From: Octopus sinensis
Taxonomy: Eukaryota
Reading direction: 5' to 3'
NCBI RefSeq assembly: GCF_006345805.1
Contig: NC_043015.1
Span: 44,950,001 to 45,014,000, forward strand
DNA: 64,000 nt
In this document: positions 13,188 through 25,037 of the stretch, piece by piece
How the letters are laid out: each line of letters begins with the position of its first letter
Position numbering within the stretch: position 1 is the stretch's first letter
The notes under the pieces: generated by a model
What the model saw: only the letters and a program-made list of their open reading frames with translations
Database searches by the model: none
What the model was told of the DNA's origin: nothing
Made by a program: the position numbers and the translations under genes

Positions 13188-13596
13188 GGCAATCTTTCGT
13201 CTCTAGTAGACCTTTCCGTCGATTTCCGTAAAAAAATTTTTTTTTTTACATATGGGCTTGCGGGAACTTTTGAAGTAATGAGAGCGAAAGAGACTAAGAG
13301 AAAGCGATTGTATGACGAGGGAAGTTCTTTTGAAGTTACCGTGCATGGGAGCATTGATGGACATGTGTGTGTGCATGCGCGTGTGTGTGTTTGATGGGGT
13401 GTGGGAGACAGACAGTATGTTGTGTAAGTGAAGTGCTTCTGTTTGTGTGTGAAAGAAAGAGATAACTGAGATTTTTTACTCGGTGTATGTGTATATGTAT
13501 GTATATTACTTCAAAAGTTCCCGCAAGCCCATATGTAAAAAAAAAAAAAATTTTACGGAAATCGACGGAAAGGTCTATTAGAGACGAAAGATCGCC
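13188..13596. mobile_element. MITE with about 90-bp TIRs
   Basis: GGCAATCTTTCGTCTCTAGTAGACC...ACTTTTGAAGTAAT is mirrored at about 13507-13596. No clear TSD. Confidence 0.85.
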
Positions 13597-13767
13597 TAGT
13601 TCGTTTTCGTTCTAAGTTCAAATCTCGGCAAGGTCAACTTTGTTTTTTTGTTTTTTTTTTATTCAGCCGGGGTTAATAAATCAAGAACCAGTCTTGGACG
13701 GTGAACTAGTAAAAACGTTAGCGGCCGCATGGGATGATGCCTTGTGGTGCTGCCAATGTCCTTTGGG

Positions 13768-14177
13768 GGATCTTTTCGGTTTGAACTGCAGTTTTTTCTA
13801 GCGGTGTCATATGAAATTGTCACCCATAATTATGACCCTAGTATCGATCTATTGCATTTCAATCTGTTTTAGGGTTAGGGGTGGGGGGAAGGGTATCTTT
13901 TTTTTTCTTCACAAATGTAAATAAACTCAATCTGTTTCTTAAACGAGGGACATATTCATACGGCACAGAATGTTTTTTTTTTACCTCAATAGACGTCAGT
14001 GATTGGTTGAAATTGCAGAAATTGAAGGATAAAAAACAACAAATATCTTACAAACTATAGAATTTTCTCAATAAAGCCAAGAGAAAAAGATGTTTTATAA
14101 ACACATTCTACCAGTTTAAAATTTTTTAGTTACCTAGAAATTATTTTTAAAAACTGCCGTTCAAACCGAAAAGATCC
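13768..14177. mobile_element. MITE-E, complete
   Basis: Both TIRs present. TSD CCTTTGGG / CCTTTGAG (8 bp, 1 mismatch). Confidence 0.9.
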
Positions 14178-14627
14178 CCTTTGAGTTCTGAATTCAAATC
14201 CCGCCATGGCCTACTTGGGTGGTTGATTTAGCCTGTCACCCGTTTTAACACCACTGCCAGGACTTTGAACGCCTTTATAGTGGAATCCACTCAGTCGCAA
14301 GAATTCAGGTCAGACAGGGGTGGAAGAGTAAGGAAGATAGGATATCTCCCAACCTCTCCTACCCCTGCTCCATCCACCTCTGTTTCCCAGGAAGGCTGTA
14401 AAGGATAATGAACATTGTCCTTTCAGCCAGCGCAAAAGAAAAATAAACAGAAAAAAAATGCGTGTATTGCCAGTGTCTAAGGGAGATAATTATGTCGTCG
14501 ATCTCGTTACCAAGTGCTGTTTGGGAACTTTACTTTTTTGGCTGTCTTTATGGTGTATTTAAAAAAAAAAATAGAGAGAATATAATTTCGATAAATTTTC
14601 TTACATTGGTCCAAGGATGCACAAATT

Positions 14628-15042
14628 GGATCTCTTCGGTTTGAACGGCAGTTTTTTCTAGCGGTGTCATATGAAATTGTCACCCATAATTATGACCCTA
14701 GTATCGATCTATTGCATTTCAATCTGTTTTAGGGTTAAGGGTTAGGGGTGGTGGGAAGGGTATCTTTTTTTCTTCACAAATGTAAATAAACTCAATCTGT
14801 TTTCTTAACGAGGGACATATTCATACGGCACAGAATGTTTTTTTTTTACCTCAATAGACGTCAGTGATTGGTTGAAATTGCAGAAATTGAAGGATAAAAA
14901 ACAACAAATATCTTACAAACTATAGAATTTTCTCAATAAAGCCAAGAGAAAAAGATGTTTTATAAACACATTCTACCAGTTTAAAATTTTTTAGTTACCT
15001 AGAAATTATTTTTAAAAACTGCCGTTCAAACCGAAAAGATCC
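14628..15042. mobile_element. MITE-E, recombinant copy at a tandem-duplication junction
   Basis: Its left flank and left variants match the 15499 copy. Its right variants and right flank match the 13768 copy. Confidence 0.85.
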
Positions 15043-15498
15043 CCTTGAGTTCTGAATTCAAATCCCGCCATGGCCTACTTGGGTGGTTGATTTAGCCTGT
15101 CACCCGTTTTAACACCACTGCCAGGACTTTGAACGCCTTTATAGTGGAATCCACTCAGTCGCAAGAATTCAGGTCAGACAGGGGTGGAAGAGTAAGGAAG
15201 ATAGGATATCTCCCAACCTCTCCTACCCCTGCTCCATCCACTGTTTCCCAGGAAGGCTGTAAAGGATAATGAACATTGTCCTTTCAGCCAGCGCAAAAGA
15301 AAAATAAACAGAAAAAAAAATGCGTGTTCACAATATATTGCCAGTGTCTAAGGGAGATAATTATGTCGTCGATCTCGTTACCAAGTGCTGTTTGGGAACT
15401 TTACTGTTTTGGCTGTCTTTATGGTGTATTTAAAAAAAAAAATAGAGAGAATATAATTTCGATAAATTTTCTTACATTGGTCCAAGGATGCACAAATT

Positions 15499-15800
15499 GG
15501 ATCTCTTCGGTTTGAACGGCAGTTTTTTCTAGCGGTGTCATATGAAATTGTCACCCATAATTATGACCCTAGTATCGATCTATTGCATTTCAATCTGTTT
15601 TAGGGTTAAGGGTTAGGGGTGGTGGGAAGGGTATCTTTTTTTCTTCACAAATGTAAATAAACCCAATCTGTTTCTTAAACGAGGGACATATTCATACGGC
15701 ACAGAATGTTTTTTTTACCTCAATAGACGTCACTGATTGGTTGAAATTGCAGAAATTGACGAAAAAAAAACAACAACAAATATCTTACAATATAAAAAAC
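15499..15800. mobile_element. MITE-E, 3'-truncated
   Basis: Left TIR variant GGATCTCTTCGG. The body stops near 15800. Confidence 0.85.
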
Positions 15801-16154
15801 AACAAATATCTTACATGCTCGGCATGCTAATGATTCTGCCAGTTCGTTGCCTTAATAAAATAAATATTGGAAAATACAACATCCCCCACCCCGGATTTAT
15901 TTCCTCATAACTTCCAGAAAAATGGATATTTTAAATATTTTCTACAAATATGCTTCATTCAGATTATCGATATATCGGAATTTGTTGCGATACTTTTTTT
16001 TCGGAGTGGAGGATAATTCACATGCACCGACTTTGTTTCCTCATAACTTCAAGAAAATGGGTATTTTTATAATGAAGTTTCCCACAAATGGTGTAGATTA
16101 TGATTATATCAGAATTTAATATGAAGAAAAGAAATTCATAGGTGCCCACACATA

Positions 16155-16777
16155 CGAGGGGGGTACCCATAAGAAACAGGAATTCTTCAATGTTATTTTA
16201 TTTACTTAGTTTTACACGTTTACACTTTTATCACCTTCAAAGTATTCTCCATTTCAATACCTCGGTCCAGATGCATTTTCCACTGTTCAAAGCAGTGCTG
16301 GAACTCTTGTGAAGAGATGCCTTTTAACGCCTCCATCATTTTTTTTTTGCTTCGCCTTTTCCACATCTGCAAATTCCGTAGCACCAGTTTTCGTCACCAG
16401 TGATGACCTTCGAGAAAAGGATCGATCAACTTCCAGCTGTTCTTTCAAGTTTACAACATGAATTCGGTCGTGAATGCTTTTGATCTGCCGTGAGAACGCA
16501 AGGCTCAAATTTTGCTACAACACAGCATGACAACTGTTTCGGCCGTTGTTTTCCCCAGCAGAAAACAGAATTTCACGGAAGCACGCTGTTCCTTTGTTTC
16601 AACCATCGCAAAAATTGATGACCAGGGAACAAAGATGCACCACGCGGCAGTACAACTTCAAAGGACAACACCAGCTGGCAGACTAATGCCTGAGGATTGC
16701 ATCAAGTGGCGGAAGCCTGAGCTACAACAGGCTTGTCCTACAGAGAACGTTTCCAGTTACTTTTGGGTACCCCCTCA
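16155..16777 (-). mobile_element. Non-autonomous mariner (irritans/Hsmar2-like TIR)
   Basis: TA-CGAGGGGGGTACCCA ... TGGGTACCCCCTCA-TA. Minus-strand remnants are EQRASVKFCFLLGKTTAET and FQHCFEQWKMHLDRGIE..GEYFEGDK. Confidence 0.85.
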
Positions 16778-16809
16778 TACATACTGACACATCACACATA
16801 TATATACGT

Positions 16810-17003
16810 GCAGGTGGCACGTAAAAAGCACCCACTACACTCACGGAGTGGTTGGCGTTAGGAAGGGCATCCAGCTGTAGAAACACTGCCAGATCAGACT
16901 GGAACCTGGTGCAGACCTCTGGCTTCCCAGATCCCCGGTCGAACCGTCCAACCCATGCTAGCATGGAGAGCGGACGTTAAACGATGATGATGATGATGAT
17001 GAT
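16810..17003 (+). mobile_element. SINE-C ((GAT)n-tailed; ...GTTGGCGTTAGGAAGGGCATCCAGC...AACCCATGCTAGCATGG...)
   Basis: Family match with a (GAT)n tail. Confidence 0.85.
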
Positions 17004-17028
17004 ATATATATATATATATATATATATT

Positions 17029-17410
17029 GGTGCAGGAGTGGCTGTGTGGTAAGTAGCTTGCTTACCAACCACATAGTTCCAGGTTCAGTCCCACTGCGTG
17101 GCATCTTGGGCAACTGTCTTCTACTATAGCCTCAGGCCGACCAAAGCCTTGTGAGTGGATTTGGTAGACGGAAACTGAAAGAAGCCCGTCGTATATATGT
17201 ATATATATATGCGTGTGTGTGTTTGTCCCTCTAGCATTGCTTGACAACTGATGCTGGTGTGTTTACGTCGCCATCACCTAGCGGTTCGGCAAAAGTGACT
17301 GATAGAATAAGTACTGGGCTTATTTACAAAGAATAAGTCCCGGGTCGATTTGCTCGACTAAAGGCGGTGCTCCAGCATGGCCGCAGTCAAATGACTGAAA
17401 CAAGTAAGAA
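17029..17410 (+). mobile_element. SINE-A
   Basis: Family match. Confidence 0.9.
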
Positions 17411-17472
17411 AAAATTTTTTTTAAATCATTATTTCTAATTCTCTCTAAAGGAGACTACGGCAGCTGTACTGG

Positions 17473-17570
17473 ATATTAATAGTTATCACCAAGCTAACAT
17501 GGTAGTCCAGCATTCAACGGCAGCATTCATCCTATTTTTCTGGACTGCCATGTTAGCTTGGCAATAACTA

Positions 17571-17578
<8 letters not shown>
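17473..17578. mobile_element. Small TA-flanked MITE with about 38-bp TIRs
   Basis: atattaatagttatcaccaagctaacatggtagtccag / ctggactgccatgttagcttggcaataactattaatat. Confidence 0.7.
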
Positions 17579-17604
<26 letters not shown>

Positions 17605-17607
17605 TTC

Positions 17608-17877
17608 AAGCCTAGCCAGGCTCATGGGCCCAGTTTCTGTGGCGTATGTGTTCCCCCCAGCTGGACGTGACGCCAGCCCATCACAGCGTTACTCAAGAAA
17701 CAGGAAGAGAAAGTGAGAGAAAGTTGTGGCGAAAGAGTACAACAGGGGTCACTACCACCCCCTGCTGTAGCCTCGTGGAACTTTAGGTGTTTTTCCTCAA
17801 TAAACACACACAATGCCCGGTCTGGGAATCAAAACCGCGAGTCCACTGCCCTAACCACTGGGCCATTGCGCCTCCAG
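17608..17877 (-). mobile_element. SINE-D
   Basis: Family match. Confidence 0.82.
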
Positions 17878-17903
17878 TGTATATATATATATATATACAT
17901 ATA

Positions 17904-18053
17904 CTGTTGTGTCTGGGGAGAGTCATTCTCTTTTAGTGCCTTATTATTTAACACACTCACTGGTAAAATTTCCACTTATTTCCTTCTTTATTTTTCTAAA
18001 GTGTGTTAAATAATAAGGCACGAAAAGAGAATGACTCTCCCCAGACACAACAG
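17904..18053. mobile_element. Tc1/mariner-type MITE with about 54-bp TIRs
   Basis: CTGTTGTGTCTGGGGAGAGTCATTCTCTTTT... is mirrored at the right end. TA on the left flank. Confidence 0.85.
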
Positions 18054-18410
18054 AATATGCTTCAACACACGAACTCATATATAGGATCTTGCAAACCAAA
18101 TCCAAAAACGAAATATATATATATACACACACACACACATGTAGTGATCTCGCTTGGCCCTACCTGAGATCTATATAACAGAAACCATTTCCTTTATAAC
18201 GAAGATGAGTAAATGTAAAAATGATATATGACTTGAGATGAAAATGAAATGGTAAGCAACGATTTATTCTCCATTATAAAATGCAGTGATTGCCATTCGT
18301 GAAATAAAATAAATATAACAGGTTACAACAAAGATGTGTGAGAGACTTTGTGGTCAGGCTGGACTGTTGATCTTGTAGACAAAGTTGATGTACTGTTTGG
18401 TGGTGTTTGA

Positions 18411-18827
18411 GGGCGGCACGCTGGCAGAAACATTAGCACGCCAGGCGAAATGCGTAGCTGTACTTCATCTGCCGTTACGTTCTGAGTTCAAATTCCGCCG
18501 AGGTCGACTTTGCCTTTCATCCTTTCGGGGTCGATTAAACAAGTACCAGTTACGCACTGGGGTTGATGTAATCGACTTAATCCCTTTGTCTGTCCTTGTT
18601 TGTCCCCTCTGTGTTTAGCCCCTTGTGGGTAGTAAAGAAATAGGTATTTTGTCTGCCGCTACGTTCTGAGTTCAAATTCCGCTGAGGTCGACTTTGCCTT
18701 TCATCCTATCGGGGTCGATTAAATAAGTACCAGTTACGCACTGGGGTTGATGTAATCGACTTAATCCGTTTGTCTGTCCTTGTTTGTCCCCTCTGTGTTT
18801 AGCCCCTTGTGTGTAGTAAAGAAATAG
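18411..18827 (+). mobile_element. SINE-B dimer
   Basis: One head and two tandem bodies. Confidence 0.88.
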
Positions 18828-18830
18828 GTG

Positions 18831-19396
18831 TGTAGAGGCAGCCGTTGGTCTGTTGGTCATGTGGTGTTTATACAACGACGATGTAGGCAGGCATCTGGTG
18901 GAGGTGAAAGTGGAGAATGGCTGGTATCAGATACATTGCTGTCAGAGACGTGTTGCATGTGGTCAGTGGCATGTACCAAAGACTAAAGACCTAGAGCAGT
19001 CGAGAAATCAGGAGGCCTCCAGAGCTGGTGATTAATTTCCTGCATAAGGAAAAACGAAGTGCTGCTCCAACACGATTGGACGGCTGGAAACCAACCAATA
19101 TGACAGCATGACGGTTTCCTCGTACAACAAACTATTTCGGCAATCGCATAAAAGTATATTTCTCCGTTGTTGTTATCCCCTTCCATGTGATGGCACTGAA
19201 GATAAGGATGGGCAGTGATGCCATTAGACCTTTCTATAGCGAAGGAGATGTAGTGGCCTGGATCCGTAAGATCAAAGTAGTGGCCAGGCTACAAGGCATC
19301 GACGGTGTAGCTGGTCTCATGGCCCTGTACCTGGAGGGAAGCGCCCTGTGGCTGTACCTCAACATGGACGAGGAAGACCAGAGGCCAATAGAATAA
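18831..19396 (+). mobile_element. Truncated Gypsy-like LTR retrotransposon (5' LTR plus gag start)
   Basis: It begins TGTAGAGG. The ORF MGSDAIRPFYSEGDVVAWIRKIKVVARLQGIDGVAGLMALYLEGSALWLYLNMDEEDQ is gag-like. A SINE-A 3' fragment truncates it. Confidence 0.65.
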
Positions 19397-20465
19397 CTAC
19401 TAGGCTTACAAAGAATAAGTCCTGGGGTTGATTTTCTCGACTAAAGGCGGTGCTCCAGCATGGCCGCAGTCAAATGACTGAAACAAGTAAAAGAGTACCT
19501 GTTTCATGTTCAAGCTGGCCAGATCCAACTTCTCACACCTACCCTACAATGTCATTCTAAAAATAAGCAATCATATCATCAAAATCTTGAAGCTACAGGA
19601 AAAAATGCAAGATTAATTCAAAAACACATGTGAAATAAACAAATTACTTTTTAAAAAATGGTTCATGTTTTATTGGATGTTATCAGGTTTTTTTTTTAAT
19701 TAAGTTTTAAAAATGTAATTTCCATCATAGCAATTTAGCACTGAAAAATTTGTAACAGATACTTCTTAAACATCAGCAGCAAAGATAACATTAAAGATTA
19801 CAAACACACAAACTAAAAATATTCCCAATAATTTTAATTCTCTATACTCAATACATTTCATTGACCTTTGCTAATTTTTTTTTTTATGGATTTAGTACAA
19901 GAGTATAGAGAGATGACAGGATATTTGTTGCTTGTTTATAAGAATTTAAATAAAAAATATTTAATCCTTATTTACTAAATGCTTTAAAAGAAATATTTAG
20001 TAGATGATTTTTTTAGAGAATCTGAAAAATATATTCAATAATAATCTATTTGTGAATGGTTTTTTAAATATTTCCTTTAATTTATGAAAATGCAAATGGC
20101 TAAGGAAGTGGGGGATGAGACAACCAGCCAAGAATTCAGTGGTTTATATCCTGTTTCATCACATTTAAATCTCAAATGGTCCAGTTTTATTTATTTGTAT
20201 AAAAGGTGCTGCAGGAGCTCGCTGTCTTAAACAGTGACAGAACTGTGAAGTCAACAAGTGGTTTGTTGGTTGGCATTGCTGAGTTCAACAGTTCCAGTGG
20301 GCGTGATAACCCGGGAATGTCTTCAATAGGTATACACCAAAAGAAAGACTGGCTCTACCAAACAGATTTAGCCCAAGATACACTATATGAAAGCAAAGTA
20401 TTTGTTAGTAACCCTTTGACCCAATACTTAAAGTGACACTTGCATTGCTCTTAAGTAATGATATA

Positions 20466-20848
20466 TATTTCTTTACTACCCACAAGGGGACAAACAAGGA
20501 CAGACAAACGGATTAAGTCGATTAGATCGACCCCAGTATGTAACTGGTACTTAATTTATTGACCCTGAAAGGATGAAAGGCTAAGTCGACCTCAGCGGAA
20601 TTTGCTCTTAAGTAATGATATATATTTCTTTACTACCCACAAGGGGCTAAACACAGAGGGGACAAACAAGGACAGACAAATGGATTAAGTCGATTAGATC
20701 GACCCCAGTATGTAACTGGTACTTAATTTATCGACCCCGAAAGGATGAAAGGCTAAGTCGACCTCAGCGGAATTTGAACCCAGAACATAACTGCAGACGA
20801 AATACGGCTACGCATTTCGCCTGGCGTGCTAACGTTTCTGCCAGCTCG
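20466..20848 (-). mobile_element. SINE-B dimer
   Basis: One head and two tandem bodies. Confidence 0.85.
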
Positions 20849-21042
20849 CTCGTAAGTAATGATATAAGTTCCTTGCTTCTGATTTGAATGAATGTAATTG
20901 CTCTTTGTCACTTTAATCATTTTTATGCATTAATGTATACAAAAAATGAAAAATTGGCTTCAGTTGAAGGTTGAAGAGGAAATGATCAGATCAAAGCTAA
21001 ATAAATGAATATCACAAGTAGTAATCTTTCAAGAGAGATTCG

Positions 21043-22139
21043 TCAATTCTGTTCAGCACTTTCTAATTCAGTGGCTTTCTTTAGAGCATCAGCAATATCT
21101 GTCTTATTTACAAGTCGCTTGGATAAGACAAGCAGGTTTTGTTGGCAGTTAAAGACAGCCCCATAGCCTTGCTCTGGCATGGAGAACTGTACATAATATT
21201 TTGGAGCTATTAAACAATCACATCCACCCCAGCATTCCACAATCACTTCAAGCTGCTCTCGATTAACAGACCAGAGATATGTTTCAAATTGATGCCGGAC
21301 TTTTTTCTCTAAAACATAAGAACCTTCTTCACTGACATCACAATGTTTGTATTCAATCTTATGAATGAGAACAGGTGGTTCAGGAACCAACGAATGGTAT
21401 AAATAGTCTACGTCACCTTCTGACATTTCACCGATAAAAGAGCATGAAATGGACTTTTTGCACCCATCAGCCAGTTGCTTAAGCGCCCAATAAGGCCGAT
21501 GAATTAAAATAGTTTGTGCAATCCGTTGAAGAGTGTCGCTAAGGTCACAAGGAGCAGGAACATTTAAAATACCATATTTCCCAAGAACTGTCACTAACCT
21601 TTCTTCAAGGTCTGCAGAAAACTTTGGTGGCAACATTCTAGCTTCCTTTAAAGCAGCGTTTACAACACACAGTTCAAACTCTGAGAGAGTATTTTTGAAA
21701 GATTTCAGAAGACTATCTTCATTTTGAATTTCAGTAATAACAAAACAAGCAGATGCTTTAGCAAAGCGGACAGGCCAATAGCCATAAAGAAGAAAACCAT
21801 GAGAGAGTATTTTCCCGAGAACTTCAAAGAAGTCTCCACCATTCTCTGGACACACAACTGGATACTTTTCAAAGGAACCAGAAAAATGTTTATGAAGAAT
21901 TTTTTTCCAAAAGCTGCAAAACATTTTTTTAGCCTGTAATGAGGCTGTATTATCGCCAGGTTCAGTTTCTTTGACTGAGGTTAGATTCAAGCAACAGTTA
22001 CAAATATCTTCATCGTTCTGATAGAGAGGAAAAAGTCGATCAACTAAATGCAATTTGGGAGGCATCGTGAGATCTCGTACAGAAGTCAGCTGGTTTCTGG
22101 CATTAATTAGCCGTGTAAAAAGATCTAGTCGGTTGAAGT
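21043..22139 (-). CDS. Terminal coding exon encoding a divergent HECT domain
   Basis: Acceptor ttttatttcattcaag|AC, phase 1. HECT-like blocks are FWKKILHKHFSGSFEKYP, FEVLGKILSHGFLLYGYWPVRF and QFETYLW...VECWGGCD. A Cys (codon 21147-21145) lies 34 residues from the C-terminus. TGA ends at 21043. Confidence 0.88.
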
Positions 22140-22290
22140 CTTGAATGAAATAAAACAAAAAATATTTGTCATTAATAAAGTTTAATAGAAGTGCAAAATT
22201 ATCAAATACAAATAATATGAAGTTATAAAGCATTATAAAGAGCAGTCAATTGAAAGTAACAAAATAAAAAATGTTAAAGAATTGCTTCTA

Positions 22291-22590
22291 TCATCATCAT
22301 CATCATCATCGTTTAACGTCTGTTTTCCGTGCTAGCATGGGTTGGACGGTTCGACCGGGGTCTGGGAAGCCAGGGGCTGCACCAGGCTCCAGTCTGATCT
22401 GGCAGTGTTTCTTCAGCTGGATGCCTTTCTTAACGCCAACCACTCCGTGAGTGTGGTGGGTGCTTTTACGTGCCAGGGAGGCTGGCAGCGGCCACGATCA
22501 GTTGGTGCTTTTTATGTGCCACCGGCACAGAAGCTAGTCATGGCGGCGCTGGCATCATCCATGTTCAGATGGTGCTTTTTACGTATCATT
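22291..22590 (-). mobile_element. SINE-C
   Basis: Family match. Confidence 0.85.
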
Positions 22591-23199
22591 AGAAAGAAAA
22601 TGTTTGAGCTCCAAATTGTTTCCCATTCAAAGTGTCCACCTTTTCTAATCATCTACCACACACTTTTTCCACTCTAGTACACTTACCTATCCACCAACCT
22701 TTTCTGTTCCTCTATCCATATTCTCTCTCTCATATTCACCTTGTACCTTGAGGGTACATTTTCACCTTCACCATCTCTCTCTCTCTCTCTCTCTCTCCCA
22801 CTCTAGCTGGAGAAGCCATGTATTCACTCCTTCAGCAAGATACCTGATCTTGTCCCTCTATCATACTTTTACATCCTTTAATATTGTACCTCACTCAATT
22901 GAGGGGGCCTTGTCTTGTGAGCACTTGGCAACCTCACTAGTGCTGGTGCCATGAAAAAGGTACCCAGTATACTGTGTAATGGTTGGCATTAGAAAAAGCA
23001 TCCAGCTGTAGAAACCATGCCAAAGCAGACATTGGAGTTCAGTGCAACCCTCGCTCTCATTAGTTCCTGTTGAACCATCCAAGCCATGCCAGTAAGGAAT
23101 AATGGCTATAAGATGACAATGGTAATGATGCATCTAAAAGTTTTCTTCCAACATTACATTTTACTGGGGTCATTTGGACAGCTGCTTTGAATTTTGATC

Positions 23200-23425
23200 T
23201 GGTGCCGAGTTGGCTCCACTGGCCACAGCATTTGTTTCATTCCCCTTGTGTTCTCACCATTCTCATCCACATTATTCCAAACATCTTTCTTAAATCATCT
23301 TCCCACCTGAGTGGAAGTCTTCCGAGTGGCCTCTTCCAAACTAGAAATAGCAGCCAAATCTCACTCAAATCATCACATTTCACATAATAAAGGAAGGACA
23401 CATTCAATAATGCAGCCCTAGACAC
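23200..23425 (-). mobile_element. RTE LINE C-terminal remnant
   Basis: WKRPLGRLPLRWEDDLRK...WMRMVR matches the RPRGRP..RW.D motif. Confidence 0.6.
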
Positions 23426-23548
23426 AATGTGCGGAAAGAAAAAAAACCCAAAAAAAACATGATATTCAGTTTGATCGTAGATCTACACGATGAAAATGAT
23501 ACCAAAACTAAACAACAAGAATAAACAAAAAGAAACAAAAAACATTAC

Positions 23549-23618
23549 CTGAATTATTTCTTTGAGAGCTTTCTTCAAAAGATCTGTGATATGGCGGCGA
23601 ATCATTGGTCAGAACACC
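23549..23618 (-). CDS. 70-nt coding exon (GVLTNDSPPYHRSFEESSQRNNS)
   Basis: Acceptor tcttatattttcag| and donor CAG|gtaatg. Only the phase-0 frame is open. It exits in phase 1, matching the next exon. Confidence 0.85.
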
Positions 23619-23664
23619 CTGAAAATATAAGATAAAAGCATTGATATTCAGTAATTATGCTTAA

Positions 23665-23900
23665 CGGCAAGCTGGCAGAAACGTTAGCACGCCGGGCGAA
23701 ATGCTTTGCAGTATTTCGTCTGCCGTTACGTTCTGAGTTCAAATTCCGCCAAGGTCGACTTTGCCTTTCATCCTTTCGGGGTCGATTAAATAAGTACTAG
23801 TTACGCACTGGGGCCGATGTAATCGACTTAATCTGTTCGTCTGTCCTTGTTTGTCCCCTCTATGTTTAGCCCCTTGTGGGTAGTAAAGAAATAGGTATTT
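23665..23900 (+). mobile_element. SINE-B
   Basis: Family match. Confidence 0.88.
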
Positions 23901-24199
23901 TGTCCATTCTGAGTTCAAATGCCACAGAGATCGACTTTAACTTTCATCTTTCTGGGGTTGATAAAATAAATACCAGGCGAGTACTAGGATCAATGTAATC
24001 AATTGGCCCCTCCGTAAGATTTCAGGCTTCGTGCCTATAATTGAATGTATTATTTAATGATCATTGAATTAAACACATCTATGATTTCCAATTGGAAATT
24101 TTACTTCCCGATATAATAACAAAGTGAAACGTCACTGAAATATCATCAACTTTAGGTAGCTGTCCATCAGGTCTCAGGGTCTTTGCTGCCTTTTAATTT

Positions 24200-24600
24200 T
24201 AGTTCTTCAGCCTATAACAAGGGAGTTTAAGACTGGCTGTCAATGGTAACTTCTGTATGATCTAGTCCAGGCAGAAGGCAATCTTTTACAAAAAGGCAGG
24301 CCACATGAGACATGGCTCATCAGGTGGGACATACTATTTAAAAAAATTCAAGGTAATGGTGTACAAATTAGGTGTACCATTCAGAAAGTTTTATGGGCCA
24401 CAGTTTATTTATGACTGATCTAGTCAAAGGATTAAAGAAGAAATTCCATGTACAGAAGCAAAATCTAGAATTGAGTGGTCTTAATGTAAGCAGAGCAAGG
24501 ACAAAAGTTTCAGATAGCATAAAGGAAGGCAAAACTCTAGTGCTATCTAGGAAGTAGATTGGCATGATATGCAGAAAAGAAGATAGGAATGCCATACAGT
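24200..24600 (+). mobile_element. Decayed RTE RT fragment; further pieces near 25190-25450 after a SINE-A insertion
   Basis: ITREFKTGCQW and KKKFHVQKQNLELSGLNVSRARTKV resemble the intact RT at 55157. Confidence 0.6.
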
Positions 24601-24630
24601 ATACTGAATACAATATGGAAGCACCTAAGA

Positions 24631-25037
24631 AGGCGCAGGAGTGGCTGTGTGGTAAGTAGCTTGTTTACCAACCACATGGTCCCGGGTTCAGTCCCACTGC
24701 GTGGAACCTTGGGCAAGTATCTTCTACTATAGCCTCGGGCCGACCAAAGCCTTGTGAATGGATTTGGTAGACGGAAACTGAAAGAAGCCAGTCGTATATA
24801 TATATATATATATGCGTGTGTGTGTTTGTGTGTCTGTGTTTGTCCCCCTAGCATTGCTTGGCAACCGATGCTGGTGTGTTTATGTCCCTGTTACTTAGCG
24901 GTTCGGCAAAAGAGACCGATAGAATAAGTACTGGGCTAACAAAAGAGTGAGTCCCGGGGTCGAGTTGCTCGATTAAAGGCGGTGCTCCAGCATGGCCGCA
25001 GTCAAATGACTGAAACAAGTAAAAGAGTAAAAGAGAG
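24631..25037 (+). mobile_element. SINE-A
   Basis: Family match. Confidence 0.9.

Noticed and set aside
20206-20436. Plus-strand 76-aa ORF as a gene
   Set aside because: It has a GTG start, an A-rich weak acceptor, no recognisable domain and no partner exons. It is kept only as an alternative reading in the last-exon finding.
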